64,000 bases of DNA from Octopus vulgaris (taxonomy: Eukaryota), in contig OX597839.1 of assembly GCA_951406725.2 (NCBI GenBank), forward strand, positions 2,542,001-2,606,000, read 5' to 3'. A program made the translations under genes and the position numbers. Each line of letters starts with the position of its first letter. The first letter of the stretch is position 1. The notes beneath the pieces are model-generated. The model had not been told where the DNA came from, did not search any database, and saw nothing but the letters and a program-made list of their open reading frames with translations. Shown here piece by piece: positions 51,928 through 64,000 of this stretch.

Positions 51928-52218
51928 TCACGTCACGTGACCGACCAGTCCATCAGATGTTGCTACACATCGCTGGTCACAATGTGTTCGCATTGTTTTA
52001 GCCTTCGAATGACGCTGCCCCGCTGGTTAAGCGAGCAGGCCAACAGAAGAAAGAGTGGTGAAAGAGTACAGCAGGGATCACCACACCCTGCCGGAGCCTT
52101 GTGGAGCTTTTAGGTGTTTTCGCTCAATAAACACTCACAACGCCCGGTCTGGGAATAGAAACCGCGATCCTACGACCACGAGTCCGCTGCCCTAACCACT
52201 GGGCCATTGCGCCTCCAC
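51928..52218 (-). mobile_element. tRNA-derived SINE family C
   Basis: Minus strand GGAGGCGCAATGGCCCAGTGGTTAGGGCAGCGGACTC...GGTTTCTATTCCC (A/B boxes), a unique body and a CACGTGACGTGAT end; TA flanks. Confidence 0.7.
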
Positions 52219-52596
52219 ATATATATATATATATATGTATGTATGTATGCATGTACACACACACACATATACATACATTCCTCACATCCTATGTATCTTT
52301 TTGAAGTCAGTAAGTAAAATCAATAACAGAATGTGAAATTTGTCTGTTAGTCCTCGTCTGACTCTGAATGTGTCACATATATTAATAACTACATGCTCCT
52401 TCACAGATCTCCCTCTCTATCTTCATACATAGGACACATGCAAAGAGATAGTGGCATTCAACAGACAGGATTTCAGCAGAGAGTTATTTGTTTTGAATAG
52501 CTGTGTGATTGGTGTGTTTATCAAGAAACATATTTGTGTCTTGTTTGAATTTTCTTTCAATGCTCTTCCTAGCTTGCCCTACTTCCTATATATATA

Positions 52597-52780
<184 letters not shown>

Positions 52781-52887
52781 CATATATATTTTATACATAT
52801 ACACATATATATTTATACACATACACATATATTTATACACACATAAATCTATATATATATATATACACACACATATACATACACATA

Positions 52888-52926
<39 letters not shown>

Positions 52927-53295
52927 GATATGTGTGTGTGTGTATTGATAAAGTGATAGAAATATACACATACATACATACATACATATGTATACTGAAC
53001 AGAAGGGAAATGGGGAAATATATATATATATATATTTATATATATGCATACAGAAAACAGAAAGTCGGAGAAAAAGAGATTTACACATACATACACAAAA
53101 GGAAAAAGGCAGATCCACAAACAACAGTGAAAGAATTGTGTAAACACACACATACACACGCACACACGCACACACACACACACACATAGCACAGAAGCAA
53201 AAATCACAAATGCACACAAGCACACAGAGAAGAAAATAACAAAATTAATCAAAAAGCTAGAGAAAGGGAAATATTCACACACACACACACACACA

Positions 53296-53535
53296 TATGT
53301 ATATATATATAAAGAATACCAAAAAGGAGACAAGAACACAACAGGTGACAACAAAACATCCAGATGATACAAAAAGTGGCAAGAAAAAACAAGGACAGGT
53401 CATTCAGAGTTTTCTTTCCCATGAATGACCCATCCTTGTTTTTTTCTTGTCCCTTTTTGTATCATCTGTCTGGATGTTTTGTTGTCACCTGTTGTATTCT
53501 TGTCCCATTATTTGTATTTTTTTTTATATACATAT
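53296..53535. repeat. Imperfect inverted repeat, about 80-110-bp arms, 16-nt loop
   Basis: GACAAGAACACAACAGGTGACAACAAAACATCCAGA...GGTCATTC / GAATGACC...TCTGGATGTTTTGTTGTCACCTGTTGTATTCTTGTC. Confidence 0.85.
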
Positions 53536-53567
53536 AGTGATGTACATGCACTTTGGTCTCTCTCTCT

Positions 53568-53635
<68 letters not shown>

Positions 53636-53648
53636 ATATATACATGTA

Positions 53649-53686
53649 TCTTTCTGTCGAAGAGCGTAGGCTCGAAATGTAAAAGA
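53649..53686 (+). ncRNA. Minimal hammerhead-like motif, second copy of the 15981 family
   Basis: UCUUU-CUGUCGA-A-GAGC-GUAG-GCUC-GAAAU-GUA-AAAGA. Confidence 0.55.
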
Positions 53687-53891
53687 CTTGTTTTATTTCT
53701 ATTCCTGAGCGCTATACTAATACATTGTTTGTTTGTACTCCACCTGCCTTCGTCTTTTGATTATTTTCGTAAACCTTCCCGTTATATATATATATATACA
53801 TACACACACATATACACATATATACACATACATACATATATGCACACACACACACATATAAATATATATATACACATATACACGCAAACAT

Positions 53892-53943
<52 letters not shown>

Positions 53944-54295
53944 CATACATATATATATATATATACATATATATATGTACATATACACATATATGTACAT
54001 ACACACAGTTACACATACACAAAGGAAGACATGGGGGGGGGCGGTATTCCAGTTTCAACTTCGACTAATTTGATATGGATATAATAGCACATTAAACCGA
54101 GGGAGAGAGAGAGAGAGATTTATCCATAGATACTCATCTGTAATCTAATCTGATAATCATGTAACAACAACAACAACAACAACAGCAAAGGTGACTAGGA
54201 AGGGCCAACTTGTAGGAGTTGGAGAATCTTTTTGCCTCTATTTACCTAAAGTTTTATACATATATGCTGATATATGTGTACATATATACATACAT

Positions 54296-54765
54296 ATGGT
54301 AGAATGTACTAGTGAAGACCTCAATAAAATGTAAGCACAACAAACCTGATATAATGATTTGGGATAGAGAAGAGAAACTGTGCACAGTTGTGGAAATTAG
54401 CTGCCCAGTGGATGTTAACACAAAGCTGAAGATCAATGAAAAAGAGAACTACCTATGCTGACCTATTAAGAAATCTGCAGTTACTCTATTCAGATTACAA
54501 GTTCATGTTTATACCTTTGATTATTAGGGCCCTGGGATATGTAACACATTGCCTAAATAGCAATCTTAAGAAATTAGGCTTCTCAAAACCAGAAGGGAGA
54601 AAGCTAATTCAAAGACTACAGATCCAATCCATCTCTGGAACTGTAAAAATCTGTAAATCTTTCCAGAAGTTTATCATTTAAATATATATGAGCATGTCTA
54701 GACATGTAACTATATGCATGAGAATACATACATAAAACATACAAATCTGCACATACATACATACA
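54296..54765 (+). mobile_element. R4/Dong-like RLE non-LTR retrotransposon 3' fragment
   Basis: KHNKPDIMIWDREEKLCTVVEISCP, frameshift, then TYADLLRNLQLLYSDYKFMFIPLIIRALG..KICKSF*; flanked by (TACA)n. Confidence 0.75.
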
Positions 54766-54781
54766 TATACTTATGAATATA

Positions 54782-54825
<44 letters not shown>

Positions 54826-56537
54826 ACATTATTATATGACTGAACGCCATGCATCCTCTTCCAAGTAAGTTTTATCTTAATAATTCTGATGCGCACTCTA
54901 TATGATCTTTTTACTCTTTCGTTTCTCTTTCTCTCTCTTATTCTCTTACCTCCTCTTCTCCCACTATTCTATCATATTACTATGTCACTCCTCCTCCCTT
55001 GCTCATGTGGCTCCTATGTGACCATCGGCCATCTTTCTTTCTTCTCCTAACTTGTGTTTCTTTCTTTCTCTCCATTGTAGCTGGAACAAGGAAGACATGT
55101 TCTTGTCTGTCTCCTGTCCAAGCTTGATTTATGCATTCACCACCACAACCTCATTTAGACTTAGCAATCCTTCCTGTTTGCTTTCACTGTCTTGTTTGTG
55201 TTACTAATTTCGACCCTCTTCAAAATCACAAATTTTATTTATGTAATTGGATGAGCATACCACAGACATGTATACCCATAACACAGTTTTCAGGGAGATG
55301 CATTATGACAAAGCACATGACAAGGATTGCCCTACTGAATTACAGGTACAACTGTAAGTGGATTAGAGCAACATGTAATAAACACTATCATTGCCCTATC
55401 AAATGACACAACTGACCTTGTATATATTACAGATGAAAGGAAACATTAAAATGACACCAGAAACAACAAAATGTACCCCCAAAACAAAGAAAAGCATATG
55501 TAATAAAACCAAAAAACACAGATCTTTTTTTTTTTTTTTTTGACTGCCACCAAACTGGGGCCTTGACGGGGTTTAGTCAAACAAATTGACCCCACTATCT
55601 ATTATTTTAAGCCTGGTTCTTATTCTAACAGGCACTTTTTACCAAACAGATATGGTACAGGGATGGACACAAACTAATACTAGTTGTCAAGCAGTGATGA
55701 GACACACACACACACACACATACGTGTGTGGGGGGGGGGCACCCTTAGTCAGATTTAGTGATGACTGAAATTTTCCTTTATGATATTAAATTGTGCTTAG
55801 CTGTTTATATTAATTTTTTGCGTATATCTGTATATGGCAAGCTTTTTTCAGTTTCCTTCTACTAAATTCACTCACAAAGCTTTAGTCAGCCCAGAGCCAA
55901 CATCCCCAACATGTGGCAGAGTGAGACTAAACCCCAAAACCACATGGTTGGGAAGTGAAGTAAGCTTCTTACCACACACCTATGCCAGCTTCTACAGAAC
56001 CATTATTCTTTGAGAAAAGGAACAATAAAAAGTTCCAATACTGTTAGTAGTGATACACTTGAAAGTTTTGCAAACCCAACTAGGAACCAGCAATCAAGCA
56101 AGCAGACAAGCCAGCAAGCAAGCAAGTAAACTAGAGAACGAGCAGTGCAGGGTGTAGGGGTATCTTTAATACAATGTTTGTCCGTCGGAAATTCGCTGGT
56201 GTTTCTGAACCAATGGGACTGTTGGAAGAAGGGTCGGCAGGAAATGGAGAGGATGTTGGAGTTGTAAGGGTGGGGGACCAAATACGAAATACATTTCTCT
56301 ACATTCTCTCTCTTTTTTTGTATCTATCTACCTAGCTAGCTATACTCATTTAGGTAGGTAGGTAGGTAGCAAGAGCCCCTTCCAACTTGGGGTGGGGGGG
56401 AGAAAAAAAAAAAAGAAGCAGAAGCAAAGAAGCAGCACCATTCTTGATGACTCATGTTGAATCAGTCTGTATCTGTCAGTGAGAACCAGCAAGAGCCATT
56501 TACCAGTATCACCATCATTGTATCATGTAACAAACTC

Positions 56538-56588
<51 letters not shown>

Positions 56589-57029
56589 GGAAGGAGTAAG
56601 ACATAAGGAATGGAAAGGCTGGTAGACAGATGGATAGCGAGACAGTGGGCAGGGTGGGGGGGGAAGAAGGAACAAGGGAAAGAGAGAAAGAGAGAAGAGA
56701 GGGAGACTGTTTGAAGAATTAGCCAAGCTAGAGATCATTCTACCTAACAAAGAATCTGTCCAATAACGGAATGGATATTACCGAAGGGAGAACACATCCA
56801 ACATTGATGGGAAGGCAATACGCATACACACACACGTACACACATATGTAAGTATATATGTGTGTATATGTATAAATGCATGTGTGTGTGTGTATTATTT
56901 ATACATATACATATGTATACGTAACTATATGTATATGCAAGTGTGTATATGTGCATCATCATCATTTAACATCCGTTTTCCCTGCTGGCATGGGTTGGAC
57001 AGTTTCACAGGATCCAGTGAGCTGCAGGG

Positions 57030-57066
<37 letters not shown>

Positions 57067-57437
57067 CTAAGAATTTCATTTCTCATTCATGTGGCTTCAG
57101 GCCCCCACCATATGGTACCCTGGACGAATGTCTTCTTTCTATTGTAGTCCTTGGCCAACCAATGCCTTGTGAATTGGTAGATGGAAACTGAAAGAAGCCT
57201 GTCGAGTGTGTGTGTGTGTGTCTGTGTTACAATGGCTACATCTGGCACTGAGCAATAGCCACAAACAGTAACATCACAGTATGTGTCTTGGCAGCAACAG
57301 GTAACAGTTTTCAAGGTGTTGCTCCAGCATGGCCACAATAAGTTACTGTGACAATAACTCAGCTGCCTGACTGGCTCCCCATGCTGGTGGTACGTAAAAA
57401 GCACCATCCAAATGTACCAAGGATCTCACACATTTTC

Positions 57438-57502
<65 letters not shown>

Positions 57503-58264
57503 TTCACAGATGAGATCCAAAGAGTCTCTGTATAGAAAGAAGACACTTAGTAGTGTTCAAAAGATTTAAACTTAGACTCCAATATCTTTACAGGGTATGA
57601 TTGCACAGGGTAAAGAAAGATTATAAGAGGGATCAAGTTGAGCAGGTATAGAGGTAATTATGAGGATAAACAAATTAAACACATCAAATATATTAGTTTG
57701 GGTATGAAATGCAATATATATATATATATATATATAATATACATGTAAAATGAGAGAAAGTAAAAGGTGGAGACTTTCAGATGATGAATTTTTAAGTATA
57801 AATAAATAGATATTTATAGGTGACCAACACAATGTACATGTACAGACAAGCCAACAAATTTGTACACCATGTTCAAAGAGTTTGTGTGACTGATGGAAGA
57901 AAAAGAAACCCTTTCCTCAATGTTTCTTGCAGTAGCAATAATTTGAAGGGAGACCAAAGATCCCCTTACAGAGCAACAATTTTTGTATAGTCAATATTAA
58001 CCCTTTACCAGTCAAACCTGCAATATCTGGCCCAAATATTCTACCTGCTTTGTGTTAAAACAGGACAAATATTGCACACCCACCCTATAATATCATTCTA
58101 GAAATAAACAATTGTATTATTAAAATCTTTAGGCTACAAGATAACACATAGTTATTTCAAAACAATATGGATATGGTGCAGGTGTGTCTGTGTGACAGTC
58201 CGGTCATTTGTAACATACTGTCAATGTTCAAACAGCCACACCTGATCACACAATTCTGGACAAT

Positions 58265-59010
58265 CACTGAACAGAAGAGAGTATAAGATATAACTCTTTT
58301 CACACAAGGGAATTTGAACCTCCTGAAGGGTTAGAACTAAGAAAAATTAAAGTAGAGTACCTCACAACTCAGTTGTAAGAAAGACACTTACTCGAAGAAA
58401 ACGTGACAATGAGTCACAACAGAAAAGAACATTTTGATTCAGCAGTTTATTTTAGAGAGGATAGTCTGCTTTGTTAATGGTCATAACATTAATGGCCTTA
58501 AGGCAAGGTTATCTAAAAGGTATGCTGCAAGTGAATGCTGACTTTTTATTGCATCACTTCTGCAAAGTTCAAAAGTTATTTTATTGAATGGTGACACTGT
58601 ACAACCATTTCTTCCCATCAGTTACTCAACAAATTTTAAAGAATCTTAGGTTAACATAGAGATTCTTTTTTAATGCAATTCAAATACAATCACCAGCAAT
58701 TGAATCTTTGCAGAGATCTTAAAGTAATTGCTCTATTAATGGACATGCACTCACGTTTTCTGTGTCTGTGGGACAGTCTGCTGTTACAGAGTGTTATTAT
58801 ATTGGAAGAGAATGGCCAAACAGATCTTCATAAATTCCTCAAAGAAATAACATTTAATCAGTTCCTTTAGTTGCTTTGAATAAAATATTTTTCCCAATCT
58901 TCACATCACCTTTGGTTTAATGAGATTTTTGATAAGACCATGAGTAAAAACACAATTTGTGAGAATTTTAGCTTCTCTGAGAAATATTTCCAAAATCGAA
59001 TGCTATAAAA
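58265..59010 (+). mobile_element. Decayed DNA transposon, Chapaev3/CMC-like
   Basis: Starts CACTGAACA; decayed coding FI..SSKVILLNG...LCRDLKVIALLMDM..FLCLWDS resembles the recalled WRLFIDSS..LLHNG..CGDLKV..FLCxWDSR motif. Confidence 0.55.
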
Positions 59011-59344
59011 AAAAAAAAGAGGAAGAGGAGGTTTTTGTAAGACTTCACATCCAAGAAGTATTCTAAAAGGTTAAACTAGTCATATCCAGCTGAAATATTC
59101 TATCTGCTTTATGTGTAAACTGGCCAGATTAAGCCTCTCACACCTATCCCACAATGTCATTTTAAAAATGAACAATCACATCACCAAAAGCTCAAAGCTA
59201 CAAGATAATGCATGACCTGATCAATAAGTATCCGGACTGTTGCCATAGTAATGAAGCTAAAGCATGCAGAATGAAGCCACTAGGCACAGACTGACCTTGA
59301 ACTCTGCTGTGCATGAGCACTAAGTTTTAACATTATAGCTCACT

Positions 59345-59677
59345 TCTGCGTGGCACCTTGGGCAAGTGTCTTCTACTATAGCCTCGGGCCGACCAAAGCC
59401 TTGTGAGTGGATTTGGTAGACGGAAACTGAAAGAAGCCCATCGTATATATGTATGAGTGTGTATATATTTGTGTGTCTGTGTTTGTCCTCCCAACATCGC
59501 TTGACAACCGATGCTGGTGTGTTTATGTCCCCGTAACTTAGGGGTTTGGCGAAAAGAGACCGATAGAATAAGTACTAGGCTTACAAAGAATAAGTCCTGG
59601 GGTCGACTAGCTCAACTAAAGGTGGTGCTCCAGCATGGCCACAGTCAAATGACTCAAACAAGTAAAAGAGTTAAGAG
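59345..59677 (+). mobile_element. SINE family A, 5'-truncated
   Basis: Runs from CTGCGTGGCACCTTGGGCAAG to the tail. Confidence 0.8.
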
Positions 59678-59759
59678 TATACCGGAAGCTGAAGGCTCGT
59701 GAACCAGCACCAGTCCATATACCACCATTTTGAGCAGCACTGCTCTATATCATAATTCT

Positions 59760-60473
59760 TGTAACTACAACTACCACCACCACCACAACAACAGCTGCTA
59801 CTACAATTACTACTACATCTACTATTATCACTTTATCCAATTACCCGTCATCACCACCACAACATCAGATCTACTGCTAAACAGTTCCCAACTACTACTA
59901 ACAATACCAATAGCCACCACCATTACCAACAAAATCCTTGTAGACAACTACAACCTCTACCACCACAAATACCACTACCACTACTATCACACCAACACCA
60001 TCAAAATTCTTAGTCACTACAACCACCACTATTCCCATCACAACTATCACCAACACTACTACTACTACTACCACTACTATCACACCAACACCACAAAATT
60101 CTTAGTCACTACAACCACCACTATTCCCATCACAACTATCACCAACACTACCACCACCACTACTACTACTACTACCACTACTACTACTACTACTACTACC
60201 ACTACTACCACCACTATCACCACCACCGCCACAACTATCACTGCTGTTGCCAACATCCCTTCATTTCTTACAGTCACCACAACCACCACTAACAACTTTC
60301 ATCAACACCACCACTAACCGCTACCATTACCAAAGCTACCACTACAACCAGCACCATCACCACCACCACAACCACCACGATCATTGACACCACTACTACT
60401 ACCACTACAATCGCCGCCACCACCACAACTATCACCCCTGTCACCAACACCACTGCAATTTCTTGCAATACTT

Positions 60474-60504
<31 letters not shown>

Positions 60505-60885
60505 AATCCCTACAGATAACTACAACCAACCACCACTACTACAACTTCTGCCAACACGTTTCTCACAGCCACAACTAACACCTCCACCAATACACTTCCT
60601 ACACTCAGCACCACTACAACTACACCTACTACCACCAATGCTACCACAACTACTACTACTAACAAATTTGTTTTTTTTTAAAGAATCTTTTTTGCATTTT
60701 ACAATGGATATTATTGAATATTGTCTATGGTTTGCTGATGGAGAAAGTGGATCAACAATGACAAAAAGAAACAAAACAACAACAGCAATAATCACAACAA
60801 AAAATAAATAATAACAATAACAAAGACAACAACAACAACAATAATAATAATAATAATGATGATGATGATAATGATGATGATAATG

Positions 60886-60922
<37 letters not shown>

Positions 60923-60954
60923 TGATGATGACGATGATAATGATGATGATAATG

Positions 60955-60991
<37 letters not shown>

Positions 60992-61183
60992 TGACGATGA
61001 TAATGATGATGATAATGATAATAATAATAGTAATAATAATAATAATGATGATGATGACGATGATAATGATGATGATAATAATAATAATAATAAATAATAA
61101 TAATAATAATAATAATAATGATGATGATGATGATAATAATAATAATGACTGTAATAACAAGCATGCTGCTGCTGATGATAATG

Positions 61184-61220
<37 letters not shown>

Positions 61221-61770
61221 CAACAACAATACTGATGGTGATGATTTAACTTGCCAGCAGGGCAATGGATGAGAGGAACAACACAGAGATGGACACAAAG
61301 TGTTGGGTATTTGCATGGAACAGTTAAGATAATTATGATAATAATGATAATGATGATGATCATGAACATGATGATAATGATGATCGTGATGGTGATGATG
61401 ATGAACATTATCAGGACAGTGATGAAGATGATAATGGTGATGATGATGATGAGGATAATGACATTCAGAATGATGATGATGATGACCAGGACGATGATGA
61501 TGATGAAGACCAGGACGATGATGATGATGATGAAGACCAGGACGATGATGATGAAGACCAGGGCGATGATGATGATGAAGACCAGGACGATGATGATGAT
61601 GATGATGATGATGATGAAGACCAGGACGATGATGATGATGATGATGATGAAGACCAGGACGATGATGATGATGATGAAGACCAGGACGATGATGATGATG
61701 ATGAAGACCAGGACGATGATGATGATGATGAAGACCAGGACGATGATGATGATGATGATCAGGACCATAA
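59760..61770. repeat. Compound trinucleotide region (CAC/TAC, TAA/TGA) ending in a (GAT)n-GAAGACCAGGAC minisatellite
   Basis: Direct inspection; about 9 GAAGACCAGGAC units at 61485-61765. Confidence 0.9.
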
Positions 61771-62349
61771 ATATCATTATTCCACCTGTGTGGAACTTAT
61801 CTTGTTTGTTTGTTTTTTTTTTGTTGTTGTTTTTTTTTTATTTTGTTTTTGCAGTGAAAGGAAAGAAGAGAGGATATTCGAGGGAGAGAATAAACGAATA
61901 AATAAATAAATAATGCTCAATAACAACAACAGCAACAACAACAATAACAACAATATTTATAGTCGATTATGAGAGAGGAGGAGAAGCAGGAAGAGGCGGA
62001 AATAATAACGGTAAAGGTCTTTTGGCATTCAGGAATGGTGAAAGCAATAAATACTGCTCTACATTATTAAAAGGATGGAAGTAGAGAGGTGTTGGTGATG
62101 ATGGGGAAAAGGGATGGGGGGGAGGGGGAGTAAGAGAGTGAGTTGGAGGGGGGTGGGAGAGAGGCTAGATTGACAGATAAATAGATAAATATACAGATAA
62201 ATAGTATGGAGAAAGGGAGAGAGAGAGAGAGAGAGAGGGGGTAGATTGACATAAATAAATAGTGTGGAGAGACAGCGATAAAGAGAGAGAGAGAGAGAGA
62301 GAGAGAGGTTGACAGATAAATAGACAGATTAATGGTGTGTTGAGAGAGG

Positions 62350-62632
62350 GAGGAGGAGAGAGAGGTAATTGGAATAAGACAGAGAGAGAGAGAGAGAGAG
62401 AGAAAGTGACAGAGAAAGAGAAACAAAGATAGTTGGAATGAGAGAGAGGGAGAGAAAGAGAGAGGGGATAGAGATAGAGAGAGAGAGACAAAAAAGGAAT
62501 AAGACAGAGAGAGAGAGAGAGAAAGTGACAGAGAAAGAGAAACAAAGATAGTTGGAATGAGAGAGAGGGAGAGAAAGAGAGAGGGGATAGAGGGAAAGAG
62601 ATAGATAGAGAGAGAGAGACAAAAAAGGAATA

Positions 62633-62679
<47 letters not shown>

Positions 62680-62960
62680 TGAAAAAGAAAACAAAAAAAG
62701 AAGAGAGTAAATGAGAGAATGACAGAGACAGAGAAAGTGACAGAGAGAGAGAGAGAAAGTGACAGAGAAAGAGAAACAAAGATAGTTGGAATGAGAGAGA
62801 GGGAGAGAAAGAGAGAGGGGATAGAGAGAAAGAGATAGAGAGAGAGAGAGACAAAAATGGAATAAGACAGAGAGAGAGAGAGAGAGAGAACTGAAAAAGA
62901 AAACAAAAAAAAGAAGAGAGTAAATGAGAGAATGGCAGAGACACAGAAAGTGACAAAGAG
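62350..62960. repeat. GA-rich higher-order tandem duplication
   Basis: GAAAGTGACAGAGAAAGAGAAACAAAGATAGTTGGAATG recurs three times at about 62400, 62520 and 62755. Confidence 0.8.
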
Positions 62961-63794
62961 CAGAGAGTATGACAGACAAAGATAGATAGATAGATAAACA
63001 GACAGACCAGAGATAGATAGATAGATAAAAACAGACGAGCCGATAGATAGAAAGACAAGATAGACTGACAGAGAGATAAACCAACAGATAGAAAGATAGA
63101 TAAACGGATAAACAGATGAAATCCATAAAATATTCATTACACCAGCATAATACAATAAACTGGGATCATTCTTTGTAAACGATTGTAAAATCCTAACACG
63201 CCCTTCACTCTTCTTCCTAACTGCAGTATTTCCCACTGTTTACATAACATATCATGGACAGTGGAATTTTCATCGTTATTTTTGCTGTTATTATTATTAT
63301 TATTATTATTAAGGCAGCAAGCTGGCAGAATCATCAGCAAGCTGGACAAAGTGCCTCAGGATGGTTTTTTCCCAGTTTCATGACCTTCTGAGGTCCATAA
63401 GATAAGTACCACTGAAGGATTGGGGTTGGTATAATCAACAAGTCGCTCCCCCCAAAATGTCAGGCCTTGTGTGTAAAACACCACATAAAAAAGCACCCAG
63501 TACAACCTGTGAAGTGGTTGGTATTAGGAATGGCATCCAGCCATAGAATGCTGAAACAGATGACAGGTGCCTGGTGCAGCCTTCCAGCTCCTGTCAAACT
63601 TTCCAACCCATACCAGCATGGAAAACGGACGTTAAGTGATGTTGAGGATGACATTTTATAGGTGCAGGTATGGTTGTGTGATAAGAAGCTTTCTTCTTAA
63701 CCACAAGGCCCCTGAGTTCAATCCTCCTCCTTGGCACACCTGCACCTTATACATACATACATACATACATATATATATATAATTCTGGCTGAGT

Positions 63795-63965
63795 CATTAG
63801 CATGCCGGGCGAAATGCTTAGCGGTATTTCGTTCTGAGTTCAAATTCCGCCACGGTCGACTTTGACTTTCATCCTTTAGGGGTCGATGAAATAAGTATCA
63901 GTTACGCACTGAATCGATAAGCTTCTTCCCCCAAAATTTTCAAGGCCTTGTGCCTAGAGTAGAAA
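63795..63965 (+). mobile_element. SINE family B
   Basis: TAGCATGCCGGGCGAAATGCTTAGCGG...GAGTTCAAATTCCGCC..GGTCGACTTTG. Confidence 0.75.
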
Positions 63966-64000
63966 TAATATATAATTCTTCCCGAGCATTAAACTAATAC

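Noticed and set aside
52145-52218. tRNA gene
   Set aside because: A/B boxes are present but it continues into a SINE body and lacks a clean cloverleaf; the same applies to the family-A heads.
56000-56520. Unique, less AT-rich stretch with an AP-1 site (TGACTCA near 56448) as a candidate mib2 promoter
   Set aside because: A single short motif with no CpG island or splice evidence; unsupported.

Overview
AT-rich, microsatellite-saturated animal genomic DNA. The SINE/LINE repertoire looks like an Octopus-type cephalopod (inference). Only one host coding exon is recognisable: the ATG-containing N-terminal MIB/HERC2 exon of a mind bomb 2 (mib2) E3 ligase gene on the minus strand (exon 25940-26229). 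The rest of the window is probably its very long introns and upstream region. It is filled with mobile DNA: a 5'-truncated, young-looking RTE LINE with a PHD-like insert, plus many of its 3' tails; a Neptune/Penelope-like 3' fragment with GIY-YIG endonuclease and pseudo-LTR; CR1 and restriction-like-endonuclease LINE fragments; three tRNA-SINE families; and Tc1, mariner, piggyBac-like, hAT, Chapaev-like and Helitron-like remnants. Almost all ORFs in the supplied track are microsatellite artefacts. The most notable hidden structure is a set of about 8 minimal hammerhead-ribozyme-like motifs and fold-back arms in short Penelope-like inserts at (TA)n tracts; one has an intact core and is in the sense orientation of the putative mib2 intron. 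Also notable are a 6x CCAAT+CRE promoter array in the Penelope pseudo-LTR, a SINE/CR1 shared tail with compensatory base changes, and inverted SINE pairs bracketing the mib2 start exon. All calls were made by eye without database searches.
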